From: an uncultured Acidobacteriota bacterium
GTDB taxonomy: Bacteria > Acidobacteriota > Thermoanaerobaculia > UBA5066 > DATFVB01
Direction: 5' to 3'
DNA length: 64,000 nt
NCBI GenBank assembly: GCA_963813155.1
Contig: CAWEYG010000004.1
Coordinates: 1-64,000 of the forward strand
Of this stretch, positions 17,662 to 28,682 are shown piece by piece. Numbering within the stretch: the first letter of the stretch is position 1; the number at the start of each line of letters is the position of its first letter. The notes beneath the pieces are model-generated. The model was not told the origin of the DNA, did not search any database, and saw only the letters and a program-made list of their open reading frames with translations. The translations under genes and the position numbers were made by a program.

Positions 17662-19158
17662 ATGAAATGGAAGGTTCGCTCCGCGGCGATCCTGGCGATA
17701 GCGCTGGCGGTGTGTTCCTGCCGGCCCGGCGGGGAGGCGCGTTCCGACAGCCTCGTGATCGGCCAGCTCGGCTCGGCCGCGATCCTCGATCCCCACCTCC
17801 AGAACGACGAGCGCACGTACTCGACGCTCGATCACTTCTACAACAAGCTCGTGACGTTCGGTCCGGAGCTCCAGATCGTGCCGGAGCTCGCGACGCGATG
17901 GGAGAATCTCTCGGACACCGTCTGGAGATTCCACCTGCGCCGGGGAGTCGTCTTTCACGACGGGCGCCCCTTCGGCGCCGCGGATGTCCTCACGACGATT
18001 CGAAGGGCTCAGTCCGCCCCGGGATCGCAGGTCGACCACTACGTGCAATCCATTCGCGAGATCCGGGTCGAGGACGACGCGACGATCGTCTTCGTGACCC
18101 GGGAACCGACGCCCGTCCTGCTGAACGAGCTCGTCTACATCGACGTCGTGCCCCGGGAGTCGGGGCCGGCCGCGATCGAGCGCCCCGTCGGCACCGGTCC
18201 TTACGAATTCGTGTCCGGAAAGCCAGGCGCTCCGATCGTCGGGAAGCGCTTCGACCGTTACTGGGGGCCGCGCCCGTTCTATTCGAAGGTGACGATCCTG
18301 CCGCTGCCCGACAATGCCGCGCGCGCGCACGCGATCCCGGACGGAACCGCGGACCTGGTCGCGCGGTTTCCCGAGGAATTCTGGCAGTGGGCCGGGAAGC
18401 AGAAGAAGATGCGGGTCCTTCGGCGCCAGGGGGTCTCGGAGATCCTGATCGGTTTCTCGACCGGGCGCGGAGGGCCGTTCGCGGACGTCCGTCTCCGCCG
18501 CGCCGTCGCCCTGGCAATCGACCGGCCGCAGGTCGCCGCTCGCGGCCTTCAGGGCCTCGCGGCTCCTCTCGATCAGCTCGTTCCTTCGACGGTCTTCGGC
18601 TATTCCAACAAGCTCCCGCGGATCCGGCGCGATCCGGCCGAGGCCGTCCGGCTGCTCGCCGAAGCGGGATACCCGAAAGGCCTCGAGGCGAGCGCGCTCC
18701 TTCCCGACTATCTCCAGGGCGCCGCGGCGGAGATCTCCCGGCAGCTGGGCGAAGCGGGCATCCGGCTCCGTCTGGTTCCTCTTCCGTTCGCCCGCTTCAA
18801 CGAGCAGTGGAACCGTGAGGAGGAACCGATCGCGATCTTCAGCTGGGGAGCCGGGACGGGAGACATCTCCGACGTCCTCGACGCCCTCCTGCACTCGCAT
18901 CAGAAAGGATTCGGCACGTCGAATCACTTTGGTTTCGCGAACGAGAAGCTCGACCGGCTCATCGAGATCTCCGATCGGACGCTCGATCCCGCGGCGCGCC
19001 AGGAGCTCCTGACTTCCGCGCAGGAAATCATCCGCGAGGATCTTCCGGTCCTTCCCGTGGTCTTGAGGTTCGATCTCTACGCCGCGCGAAGCGACCTGGA
19101 CTGGTTTCCCCGGCCCGACCGGAGGGTCCGCGCGTTCGACGTCCGTCCGGCCCGGTGA
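17662..19158 (+). CDS. Family 5 solute-binding lipoprotein
   Basis: Lipobox-like VCSC, LRRGVVFHDGRPF, PVGTGPY, DVRLRRAVALAIDR. Confidence 0.88.
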   Translation: MKWKVRSAAILAIALAVCSCRPGGEARSDSLVIGQLGSAAILDPHLQNDERTYSTLDHFYNKLVTFGPELQIVPELATRWENLSDTVWRFHLRRGVVFHDGRPFGAADVLTTIRRAQSAPGSQVDHYVQSIREIRVEDDATIVFVTREPTPVLLNELVYIDVVPRESGPAAIERPVGTGPYEFVSGKPGAPIVGKRFDRYWGPRPFYSKVTILPLPDNAARAHAIPDGTADLVARFPEEFWQWAGKQKKMRVLRRQGVSEILIGFSTGRGGPFADVRLRRAVALAIDRPQVAARGLQGLAAPLDQLVPSTVFGYSNKLPRIRRDPAEAVRLLAEAGYPKGLEASALLPDYLQGAAAEISRQLGEAGIRLRLVPLPFARFNEQWNREEEPIAIFSWGAGTGDISDVLDALLHSHQKGFGTSNHFGFANEKLDRLIEISDRTLDPAARQELLTSAQEIIREDLPVLPVVLRFDLYAARSDLDWFPRPDRRVRAFDVRPAR

Positions 19159-19161
19159 ATA

Positions 19162-20701
19162 TCAGGGAGCCGGCGCGATCTCGCTCGCGAGGATGATGCC
19201 GTCGTTTCGCGGCTGCCAGACGAACCGGCGGTCGACCGCGTAGTCGTCCTGATCTACGAAAAGGGGGATCCACACGAGATCGCGCATCAAGCGATCTTCG
19301 ATCTGCTGCAGGGCGTCGCGCCGGGCGTTGACCGACTGCTTTTCCGCGCTGGCCTCGATCTCCGCGTCCACCTCCGGAGAGGAATAGCCCACGTAGTTGT
19401 GGATGCCGAAGTGCCTCGACGCATCCAGCGAATGGAGAACGTTGTCCAGGATGTCGCTGACGTCGCCCGTGAGGCACCCGAACCGGGAGAGGTGGATCGT
19501 CGTGTCGCGGGCGTCCATCCGGGCGAAGTATTCCGGGTCGGGCAGGACTTCGAGGTCGAGCCGGATTCCCACGGTTTTCAACTGGTCGCAGACGAGGCGG
19601 CCCGCGTCGGCGAGCAGCTTCCGGGTCTGAAGCGTCGCGGAGAATCCGTCGGGCAACCCCGGCCTGGCGCAGCAGATCCCGGGCCCGGCCGCGGTCGACG
19701 GCGGGGGTGCGGATCTTCGGGTCGAATCCGAAGATGAAGGGAGGCACGAGCTGCGAGGCCGGAACCGCGTTGTAGGGGAGCTTCTCCACGAGCGCGTTCC
19801 GGTCGATCGCGATGTTCATGGCCTCGCGGACGAGCGGATTCTTGAACGGGTTCGGGCGGGCCGGGGAGCGCGGAGAAACGTCGCGATCGAGGTCGTAGCC
19901 GAGGAATTTCGTGAAGATGCTGGACCGGTGGAGCGCTCGAAACCGCGAAAGGTCGCGGAGCGAGGGCTCGAGCTTCTTCGTGTTGGCCTGGACCAGCTGG
20001 GACTTCCCGGTCAGCGCGTCGGAAAGGGCCGCTTCGGGCCCGCGATCGAGCAGAAACGTGACGCGCGAGAGCGGGGCCTTCTTTCCCCAGTAGTCCTCGA
20101 ACCGCGCGAGTCGAAGGACTTTTCCCTTCTTCCATTGCGTGACCCGGTAGGGCCCGGTTCCGTCCGGATGCTCCGGGATCTCCGATTCGACGGCGCCCTT
20201 CGGCAGGATCGAGATGAAGCGCAGCTTGTTGAGGAGGATCGCGAGAGGTTTGGTCGTTCGAATTCGGATCGTCAGCGGGTCGAGCGCGCGGACGTCGTCG
20301 ATGTACAGCAGATACCCGGTCATCTCGAGCCCCGTACTCTTCAGGAGGCGGTCGAGGGAGAAAACCACGTCCTCGGCGGAGAACGGCTTTCCGCTGTGGA
20401 ACCGGACGTTCGGCCGGAGGTGAAAGACCCAGGTGGACGGATCGGGGTTCTCCCACCGGCTCGCGAGGCACGGCTGGATCTGCATGTTGGCGTCGGTCGT
20501 CACGAGCGTGTCGTAGAACTGGGAGACGATCGCGAACGACGCGAGCTGGTTGTGGGCGTGGGGATCGAGATCGACGACCATGTGGGGAACGGAGATCTGG
20601 ATCGAGGTCGGCGGCGAGGTGCGGCCGCAGGCGGCCGCGACGAACAACGCGGCTGCCAACAGGAACGCACGGAGCGGTCGCGCGGCCGATTTCAATTTCA
20701 T
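19162..20701 (-). CDS. Family 5 solute-binding lipoprotein (frameshift near 19660)
   Basis: Lipobox-like AAAC, LRPNVRFHSGKPFSAEDVVFSL, DGTGPY. C-terminus continues in ORF 19162..19656 and parallels the other two paralogs (WQPRNDG). Confidence 0.85.
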
Positions 20702-20721
20702 CTCCCGATTTCCCGGAGATT

Positions 20722-21351
20722 CTATCCCGCCGCGATTCGAATCCGGTTCGCGATCTCTCCGATGAATCCGGTCAAGCCGTGGTCTCCCTCGGGAAATTCG
20801 ATCCATTGCGACCCCTCGGCGAGGCGGCCCGTCGCTTCCCATTCCCGCCAGACCCCCTCGGCGACCTCGTACGGAACGCTCTCGTCGCGCCGTCCCATGA
20901 GAACGGCGACGCTCGCCGCCGGCGGCTCGCTCTCGTGCGGCCGAAGCGCCATCTGCTCGAAAAACGCCCGGTGGATGGGCATTTCCCGGCCCTCGCCGTG
21001 ATGAAAGAAGCAAACGGGATCGCCGGGCGGAAGCTTCTCGACCCACCTCCGCCCGAAGCCGAGCGCCGGCGCGACCAGCACGAGCGGCGCGGAGATCCCG
21101 CGTCGGGCCGCCTCGAGGGCGACGAGCGCGCCGAGGGAGCTTCCCGCCAGCACGTCGACTCTCTTTCTTGTCGCCGCTCGCGCAGTTTCGGCGACCATGC
21201 TGTCGAAGTCCAGCTTTTCGAACGACGGGACGTTGAGGTCGGGAGCGTCGATTTCGATGTTCTCGGCCGCAAAGAGGCCGGTCAGCGCCTCGACCTTTCG
21301 GCCGCGTGGGGAAGAGGCGAAACCATGGAGGTAAAGGACCCGCCGGCTCAC
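20722..21351 (-). CDS. YqiA/YcfP-like alpha/beta hydrolase (esterase)
   Basis: VLYLHGFASSP, GSSLG nucleophile motif, DESVP, GDHGL. GTG start overlaps the xth stop. Confidence 0.85.
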   Translation of the reverse strand: MSRRVLYLHGFASSPRGRKVEALTGLFAAENIEIDAPDLNVPSFEKLDFDSMVAETARAATRKRVDVLAGSSLGALVALEAARRGISAPLVLVAPALGFGRRWVEKLPPGDPVCFFHHGEGREMPIHRAFFEQMALRPHESEPPAASVAVLMGRRDESVPYEVAEGVWREWEATGRLAEGSQWIEFPEGDHGLTGFIGEIANRIRIAAG

Positions 21352-22103
21352 GGGGCTGCCGGGCCGAACTCCGCCACGACGACCGCGTGGTCGCTCGTTC
21401 CGAAATCCGCGAGGACCCGGCAGGCGCTCGCCCGCGAGGCGAGGGCGGCGGTGGCGAGGATGTAGTCGATCCGCCAGCCGATGTTGCGCTGGCGCATGTT
21501 TCTCCACGGCGCCCACCAGGTGAACAGTTCTTCGTTGTCGGGATCGAGAGCGCGGCCCACGTCGACGAGCCCGGCGGAGAGGATGTTCTCGAGCAGCGTC
21601 CGCTCCTCGGGGAGCTGGCCGATGACGGGGCGGCGCTCCTTCGGGTGAACGTCCCGGTCGGCCCGCGCGACGTTCAGGTCGCCGCACAGGACGAGGTCGA
21701 GGCCCGCGGCGCGCGTCTCGCGGACGAATCCCTCGAGCGCTTCGAGGAACCGGAGTTTCGCGGGGAAGTCTTTCCCGCCATTCGGCACGTAGGCGGAAGC
21801 GACGAGCACGTTTCCGGCGCGTCCCGTGACGATCCGCGTCTCGTGGTCGAAAGCCGGGTGCGCGAAAAGCGGTTTTGCCGGGAAGACCTCTTTCCGGAAA
21901 TGGAGCCCCACCCCCGAATATGCGCGCTCTCCGTGCCAGTAACACCAGTACCCGTCGATCTCGCAGAGCAGGAGCGGGATCTTGTCGGGCGGCGCCTTGA
22001 TTTCCTGCAGGCAGATGACGTCCGGGCGGTCGCGCGCAACCCATTCCGCGACCTGCGCTTCGCGCGCGCGGATGCCGTTGACGTTCCAGGTCGCGATCTT
22101 CAT
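21348..22103 (-). CDS. xth: Exodeoxyribonuclease III
   Basis: MKIATWNVNGIRAR, DVICLQEIK, YVPNG, CGDLN, FTWW, GWRIDYIL, SDHA. Confidence 0.95.
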   Translation of the reverse strand: MKIATWNVNGIRAREAQVAEWVARDRPDVICLQEIKAPPDKIPLLLCEIDGYWCYWHGERAYSGVGLHFRKEVFPAKPLFAHPAFDHETRIVTGRAGNVLVASAYVPNGGKDFPAKLRFLEALEGFVRETRAAGLDLVLCGDLNVARADRDVHPKERRPVIGQLPEERTLLENILSAGLVDVGRALDPDNEELFTWWAPWRNMRQRNIGWRIDYILATAALASRASACRVLADFGTSDHAVVVAEFGPAAP

Positions 22104-22177
22104 GCCGTCATCCTACGACGAGAGGGGAATCGCGATTGACGAAACGCGAGCCGCGGCGATAGTCTGGCCGCGCGGGA

Positions 22178-23809
22178 ATGAAGAGCAGAATTGGAAAGGC
22201 GAGGGTTCGGCGCGGGCTGGTCGGCGGTGCGCTCCTTGCGGCTGCCGTCTTTTCCTGCGGGGCTTCGGCGGTCCTTCCGGATGCCCAGCGCTGGTGGTCG
22301 CACGTCCTCTTCCTCGCGGACGATCGTCTCGAGGGGCGCGCCCCCGGAAGCGAGGGTTACAAGAAGGCGTCGCGATACGTCGCGGACCGGCTTCGGAAGG
22401 CCGGCGCCGAGCCGCTCGGGACGAACGGGTACTTTCAATCGGTTCGGTTCGACGCGCGGCGGATTCGCGAAGAGGAGTCGAGCGCCGCTCTCGTGCGCGG
22501 AGCGAGCGTCGATCCGCTCGTCCCGGGGCGCGAGTTCGTGTTCGGCCTCCGCGCGGACCCGGCGGAAGAGGTCGACGCGCCTCTCGTGTTCGTCGGCCAC
22601 GGGCTCACGATTCCGGGAGCGCACGAAGACGATCTGTCCGGTTTGGATCTGCGGGGAAAGATCGCGGTGTACCTGACCGGGGCGCCGAAGTCCGTGCCCG
22701 GGCCCCTGGCGGCGGATGCCCAGTCCCAGAGGCAGCGGTGGGCCGCGCTTCGAAGCGCGGGCGCGGTCGGGGAAATCCGGATCGCGAACCCGCTCCACAT
22801 GGAGCGCTCCTGGGAAAAATCCGCGTCCGCCCGCCGGATGCCCTCGATGAGCCTCGCGGACCCGGAGCTCCGCGCCTCGCCGGGGGAGAAGATCTCGATG
22901 GGATTCAATCCGGCCTCCGCGGAAAAGCTGTTCGCAGGCTCCGGCCACACGTTCGCCGAAGTCGTGGACGGCGCGCGCCGCGGCGAGCGTCTCGCCGGGT
23001 TCGCGCTCGGAAGCTCGCTCCGGGCGAAAGTCCGGGTCGACCGTTGGAGCGTCGAGTCCGACAACGTCGTCGGCGTCGTGCGCGGCTCGGATCCGGCCCT
23101 GCGCGGCGAATATGTCCTGCTCACGGCCCATCTCGACCACCTCGGCATCGGGGAGCCGGTTTCGGGCGATCGGATTTACAACGGCGCGATGGACAACGCG
23201 TCCGGGGTCGCGACGCTTCTCGAAACCGCCGAGGCCCTGCGCGAGTCGGGAGAGCGCCCGAAGCGCTCCGTGATTTTCCTCGCCGTGACGGGCGAGGAGA
23301 GCGGACTCCTGGGCTCGGAGTTCTTCGCGGCGCATCCGACCGTGCCCCCCGGGTCGATCGTCGCCGATGTCAACATCGACATGTTTCTTCCCATTTTTCC
23401 GCTCCGCGTGCTGACCGTGGAAGGGCTGGACGAGTCGGACCTCGGGCCCCGTCTCGCCGCGATCGCAAAGTCTGCCGGCGTGGGCGTTCAGCCGGACCCG
23501 TATCCGGAGAGGAACTATTTCATCCGAAGCGACCAGTACAGCTTCATTCGCCGCGGAGTTCCTTCCATTGATTTCGACGTCGGGACCACGCCGGGTTCTC
23601 CGGAGGCGGCGGCCGAGGAGAAATGGATCCGGGAGCACTACCACGCCCCGTCCGACGACACTTCTCAGCCGATCGATTTCACGTGCGCGGCGGCCTACAA
23701 CCGGATCGTTCGGGCGCTCGCGATCGAAATTGCGAACGAGCCCTCGCGGCCGCGCTGGAACGCGACGAGCTTCTTTCGCCAGTACGCGGCCGGAACCGCT
23801 TCGAACTGA
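22178..23809 (+). CDS. Secreted M28 family metallopeptidase with PA domain
   Basis: Signal peptide, LADDRLEGR, TAHLDHLG, IYNGAMDNASG, TGEESGLLGS, RSDQYSF, YHAPSD. Confidence 0.9.
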   Translation: MKSRIGKARVRRGLVGGALLAAAVFSCGASAVLPDAQRWWSHVLFLADDRLEGRAPGSEGYKKASRYVADRLRKAGAEPLGTNGYFQSVRFDARRIREEESSAALVRGASVDPLVPGREFVFGLRADPAEEVDAPLVFVGHGLTIPGAHEDDLSGLDLRGKIAVYLTGAPKSVPGPLAADAQSQRQRWAALRSAGAVGEIRIANPLHMERSWEKSASARRMPSMSLADPELRASPGEKISMGFNPASAEKLFAGSGHTFAEVVDGARRGERLAGFALGSSLRAKVRVDRWSVESDNVVGVVRGSDPALRGEYVLLTAHLDHLGIGEPVSGDRIYNGAMDNASGVATLLETAEALRESGERPKRSVIFLAVTGEESGLLGSEFFAAHPTVPPGSIVADVNIDMFLPIFPLRVLTVEGLDESDLGPRLAAIAKSAGVGVQPDPYPERNYFIRSDQYSFIRRGVPSIDFDVGTTPGSPEAAAEEKWIREHYHAPSDDTSQPIDFTCAAAYNRIVRALAIEIANEPSRPRWNATSFFRQYAAGTASN

Positions 23810-23813
23810 CGCG

Positions 23814-24296
23814 ATGGCACTCGATCTCGGCGACAAGCTGTCCGGACGATTCGCCTCCCGCCTGGCGGCGCAATTCGGGTCATGGGCGCCGATCGCCGGC
23901 GATCTCGACCTTCCGAAAATCGACCGCGCGCCGGCTTCGGGGAAGTGGTCAGCCCGGCTGCACCTCGCGCACATCACGCGAATGCACGAGGTCTACGCCG
24001 CACGGATCGACGCGATCCTTTCGAAGGACGTGCCCGCGCTCGCTCCCTACCGCGCCGAGGCCGACGCCGAGTGGCCGAAATGGAGCGTCCTGCGGGCCCC
24101 CGAGATCTTCGAGCGCGCTCGCTCGCTGCGTGCGAGGATGATCGACGAGCTCCGCCCGCTGACGGACCTGGACCTCGCGCGCGTCGGCGAGCACGAAAGG
24201 CTCGGCCCGCTTCCCCTCTCGATGTGGCTCGAGTTCTTCCTCGTTCACGAGGGGCACCACCTCTACGAAATCTTGAAGCTCGTCCGGGAGCCCTAG
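23814..24296 (+). CDS. DinB/YfiT-like four-helix protein
   Basis: GKWSARLHLAHI and C-terminal VHEGHHL metal-binding histidines. Confidence 0.8.
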   Translation: MALDLGDKLSGRFASRLAAQFGSWAPIAGDLDLPKIDRAPASGKWSARLHLAHITRMHEVYAARIDAILSKDVPALAPYRAEADAEWPKWSVLRAPEIFERARSLRARMIDELRPLTDLDLARVGEHERLGPLPLSMWLEFFLVHEGHHLYEILKLVREP

Positions 24297-24334
24297 GCCC
24301 GGTTCGGAAGGGGGCCGCGCCGGACGCGCCGGCG

Positions 24335-25939
24335 TCAGGACGCTTTTCGCGACAGGTCCGCCGTCTCCGGCGGGGAAGTCTTGCGGGGAAGGCGGGCGAT
24401 TCGCGCCGCGTCGGGAAACGCCTGCAACGCCTTCTGGGCCTGGACGTCGTCTTTCAGGGCGCGTCTCCATCCTTCGTCCGGGCCGTATCGAAGAGTAAGA
24501 ACCTCGGACGCGACGTCGGAGTCGATGCGGGCGCGATCCGTGTCCCGCCGGTAGTCTTCGCGGGCGGCAGCCGCGCTTTCGATTTTCTGGCGCTCGAGGG
24601 ACCGGAAGAATTCCTCTCGAACCGAGTCGTCGGCGGCGAACTCGCGGCCGACTGAGGGATGGGCGGCGACGTAGTCGACCGCGAACGTGAAGAAGGCGCC
24701 CTGCGCCTGGAGCTTCCGTTCGAAGTCCGAGATCGATTCTGGCGCGACGACTTCATCGGGCGTGATTCCTCCCTCGCTTTTCACGGGGCGGCCGGCGTCG
24801 GTCGTGAAGGTCTTCGCTCCCGAGGGGGCGGGCTTTGCCGGTTGCGGGTGAGAGTCGGGGAAGAGGTACGCCGCGCGGTCCGAATAATCCCGCTGGATCC
24901 AGCGTCCCGACGGGGTGAGGTATCTCGCCGTCGTCAGCGCCAGGCCGGCGCCGTACGAGAGCGGGAAGACTCCCTGGACGAGGCCCTTTCCCCACGAGGT
25001 CGTGCCCACGATCCAGGCCCGGTCGTGGTCCTGCATCGCGCCCGCGACGATTTCCGACGCGGAGGCCGACCCGCGGTTGACCAGGATCACGAGCGGAACG
25101 TCGACGTGCTCGACGTTGCCCTCGGCCAGGTAGTCCTCGTTCGAGGCGGTCATGCGGCCGCGCGTCGAAACGATCTTCTGCCCCTTGCGGAGGAACATGT
25201 CGGCGATCTCGAGAGCGGGCTCGAGAGCTCCCCCCGGGTTGCCGCGAAGGTCGAACAGGAGGCTCTTCATGCCTTCGCCCTTCAATTGCCGGACCGCCTT
25301 CAGCGTGTCGTCGGCCGACGTTCGCGTGAACTCCGCGAGCTGAATGTAGCCGACCCCTCCCCCCAGGAGGAACGCGTGGCGCACCGAGCTGGACGGGATC
25401 TCGCCCCGGATCAGGGCGACGTGAATCGGCTCCGCGACGCCCGCCCGGCGCACGGTCAATCGAACGGTCGACCCTTTCGGCCCGCGCACCCGCGACGAGA
25501 CCTCGGCGGTGTCCCACGACGCGTCGGGCGGCTGCCCTTCGATTTCCGTGATGACGTCCCCGGCCTGCAGGCCGGCCTTGCCGGCGGGCGTTCCCGGCTT
25601 CACTTCCATGATCGTGATCCGGCCGTCCCGACGCTGCATCGAGATTCCGACGCCGAAGTAGGACCCGCGCTGCCGTTCCTCGAGCGAGCTGAAGGCCCCC
25701 GGCTCGAAAAACGTCGTGTGCGGATCGAGTGTGGAGATCATGCCCTGGATCGACGCGTAGACGAGCCGGTCGGCGGCGGCGTCGGTCACCGCCCATTCCT
25801 GGGCGGTCGAAACGAGCTGCGCGTATTCGTCGAGCGCTCCGCTCGGCACCGTTTCGGTCTTGTCCCGGCCGGCCGCGCCCCCGAGGAGCGTGACCGCGCC
25901 GAGAAGGCCCAAAGCGGCGAAAATCGATTTTCGGCTCAT
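24335..25939 (-). CDS. ctpA: Carboxyl-terminal processing protease (S41A, PDZ)
   Basis: LDPHT, PDZ (GVGI..GTPAGKAGL), DLRGNPGG, SASASEIVAGAMQD, GKGLVQ. Confidence 0.9.
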   Translation of the reverse strand: MSRKSIFAALGLLGAVTLLGGAAGRDKTETVPSGALDEYAQLVSTAQEWAVTDAAADRLVYASIQGMISTLDPHTTFFEPGAFSSLEERQRGSYFGVGISMQRRDGRITIMEVKPGTPAGKAGLQAGDVITEIEGQPPDASWDTAEVSSRVRGPKGSTVRLTVRRAGVAEPIHVALIRGEIPSSSVRHAFLLGGGVGYIQLAEFTRTSADDTLKAVRQLKGEGMKSLLFDLRGNPGGALEPALEIADMFLRKGQKIVSTRGRMTASNEDYLAEGNVEHVDVPLVILVNRGSASASEIVAGAMQDHDRAWIVGTTSWGKGLVQGVFPLSYGAGLALTTARYLTPSGRWIQRDYSDRAAYLFPDSHPQPAKPAPSGAKTFTTDAGRPVKSEGGITPDEVVAPESISDFERKLQAQGAFFTFAVDYVAAHPSVGREFAADDSVREEFFRSLERQKIESAAAAREDYRRDTDRARIDSDVASEVLTLRYGPDEGWRRALKDDVQAQKALQAFPDAARIARLPRKTSPPETADLSRKAS

Positions 25940-26070
25940 CCTGGTCAGTATACGCACGATCGCCTCGCGAAGTTACAACCGCGTTTCGTGTCCCGTCATT
26001 CCCCGAATCGCCTTGCCGCAGCGCCTCGGCCGGACCGCCGGTGTGCGATGATCGTGGGGGAGGATTCGCC

Positions 26071-27117
26071 ATGTCGTTCCGCCGCGCCGCATCGAGTTTC
26101 ATCGCCCTCGCCGCCATTTCCTTCGCCCTGGCCCGCGCCTCGTCCGGGGCTGAGACTGCGAAGGGGTACCATGTGATTCAGCGCGTCACGCTCGGAGGCG
26201 AGGGGAGGTGGGACTACCTTTCGATCGATCCCGACGCGCGCCGCCTCTACATTTCGCGAAGCAGCCATGTGATGGTCGTGGACGCCGATTCGCTCAAGCC
26301 GGTGGGGGATGTCCCCGGCACGGAGGGGATTCACGGCATCGCGCTCGCGCCCGGGCCGTCCCTCGGGTTCACGAGCAACGGGACGAGCCAGACGTCCACC
26401 GTCTTCGACCTGAAATCGCTGAAGACGGTCGCGACGGTCAAAGTCACGGGAGAGAAGCCGGACGCGATCCTCTACGACCCCGCCGCGAACCGGGTCTGGA
26501 CGTTCAACGGCAAGAGCGGAAACGCGACGGCGATCGAGGCGGGGGACCGCAAGATCGCGGGAACGGTCGCTCTCGGGGGCGCGCCGGAGTTCGCGACGAG
26601 CGACGCGGCCGGCCATATCTACGTGAACATCGAGGACAAGAGCGAGGTCGTGGCGATCGATGCGAAGACCCTCTCGGTCCTGCACCACTGGCCGCTCGCG
26701 CCCTGCGAAGAACCGAGCGGCATGGCCATCGACCGCGCGCACCGGCGGCTCTTCTCCGGATGCCACAACAAGATGATGGCCGTGATGGACGCCGACACGG
26801 GCAGGGTCGTCGCGACGGTGCCGATCGGCGCCGGCGTCGACGCGAACGCGTTCGACCCGGAGCCGGGTCTCGCGTTCAGCTCGAACGGAGACGGCACGCT
26901 GACGGTCGTCCACGAGGATTCGCCCGACAAATACACGGTCGTCGAGAACGTGCCGACCGAGAAGGGCGCGCGCACGATGGCCCTCGACCCGAAGACGCAC
27001 AGGATCTACCTCGTGACGGCGAAGTTCGGCCCGGCTCCCGCGGCGACCGCCGCCGAGCCTCATCCGAGGCCGGCGATGGAGCCCGGAAGCTTCCTTCTGC
27101 TCGTCGTCGGGAAGTAA
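26071..27117 (+). CDS. Secreted YncE/YVTN-like beta-propeller protein
   Basis: Signal peptide, GGEGRWDYLSID, repeated blades, GARTMALDPKTHRIYL. Confidence 0.8.
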   Translation: MSFRRAASSFIALAAISFALARASSGAETAKGYHVIQRVTLGGEGRWDYLSIDPDARRLYISRSSHVMVVDADSLKPVGDVPGTEGIHGIALAPGPSLGFTSNGTSQTSTVFDLKSLKTVATVKVTGEKPDAILYDPAANRVWTFNGKSGNATAIEAGDRKIAGTVALGGAPEFATSDAAGHIYVNIEDKSEVVAIDAKTLSVLHHWPLAPCEEPSGMAIDRAHRRLFSGCHNKMMAVMDADTGRVVATVPIGAGVDANAFDPEPGLAFSSNGDGTLTVVHEDSPDKYTVVENVPTEKGARTMALDPKTHRIYLVTAKFGPAPAATAAEPHPRPAMEPGSFLLLVVGK

Positions 27118-27118
27118 C

Positions 27119-28682
27119 CTAGAAGAAGCCGGTTCTCTCGAGCATGGCGGCGGCCTCTTCGCGCGTCGCGCCGAGTTTCGAAGCGGACCGGAGCAGGTCT
27201 TCCGCGACGACCGGATACCAGTTCCGGCGCGCCGGATCGCAGAGGCCCGGCAACGTTGAATGGCTCGATCGCGCGGCGGACCGATTCGATCAGATCGAGG
27301 CGCCGTTCGGGAGTCCGGCGAGCGTCCGCGGGCCGGCGAGCTTCTGCGCAGATCTTCCGAAGCGCCGGCCCGAACCGGGGCTCGCTCTGGAGCAGGAACG
27401 ACGGTGCGAGCTCCGGCCGTCCCAGCCGGCGCGCGCTCTCGGAGAAGCTCGCCGCCGCGAAGTAAAGCATCGTCAGCGCCGAGAAGACGGGGAAATCGTC
27501 GAAGTTCGCGTAGAGGGCCGCGACGAGGTCCGCGGCGGCATCCGCCTCGTCCAGGCCTCGTTGCGATTCCCCGCCGATCCGGGCGGCGAAACGGGCGGAG
27601 CCCCAGTCTTCTCGAACCACGCGCGCGAATCTCTCGATGCCGAGCAGCGCGAGCGGGATTCCCGTCGAGAGGAGCGGGTCGACGAAGGCCGCGGCCGACG
27701 GGAGGAGCGCCCAGTTTTCCCCCGAGGCGCGGCGGACCCGGAAGGAAAGGCGGGACGAATGCACCCAGGGAAGCAGCGGTTTCGCGCCGGCGAACTGGTC
27801 GCGGACGGTCGGCAGGCGGGACAGCAGCCGCGACCAGGCTACCCCGCCCGATGCCAGATCGAGCTCCTCCGCGAGAGCATCGGTGACCGCGCATCCGGCG
27901 CTCACGATCCCGTTCGAGAACCGCAGCACCCAGATCCAACCGCCGTCGAACACGTGGTGGAGCGCCGCGTCGTCCGCCGGATAAGGCGCGCCCCGAAAAT
28001 CGAGGGAAGGAGTCTCGTCGAGACGCGCGACGCCGTCGAAATGCGTGAAGAGCCCCTGTGTCGCGGGAAAGTTCGGGAATTCCCTTCCGTCGAGATCGAG
28101 GGCGCGCGCCAGGAACCCGCGGGGTCCCGAGGCGTCGAACGCGAATTTCGCCCGGATCGTGAGCGGCTTGCCGAGCCTCTCTCCCGCGATCTCCACTCCG
28201 GCGCCGTTCTCGGCGAAGGCGCGAAGCTCCGCGCGGTCGATGTACTCGGCGCCGAGCGCGCAGGCGTGGCGCATCAGGAAGTCGTCGACGTCGGCGCGGT
28301 ACCAGTGCGTGTCGGCGATCTCGTCCCTCGGGCTCGCCGCGACGAAGAGCTGCCCGCGCCGGTCGGGCGTCGTTCCGAAGGGCGCGCCGGTCGCGTGGCG
28401 GAAGAACGTGAATCCCCGTTTCAGGCCGCAGGCGATTTCCGGCCGCTCGCGCCGCCAGGCCCCCCATTTCGCGAGAGGCCGGAGCTCCGGAAGGTCGAAC
28501 TCGTCCGCGAATTGCTCGAGCAGGACGTTCGCGAGCGGCGAGGAGGATTCGCCGATCGCGAAGCGGGGGTGCGCTCCTTTCTCCAGCAGCACGACGGTTC
28601 GGCCGAGCTTTCGCGCGGCCGCGGCGAGGAGACTGCCCGCGAAGCCGGAGCCGACGATTGCGAGGTCGAACGCGCCCGTCAT
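27119..28682 (-). CDS. Flavin-dependent halogenase family protein (frameshift near 27245)
   Basis: GSGFAG FAD motif, HPRFAIGESS, candidate catalytic Lys in GLKRGF, FDASG, GWIWVL (WxWxI-like), FVDPLLSTG. Shifted C-terminus ..RRNWYPV..TGFF* ends at TAG 27119. Confidence 0.8.
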
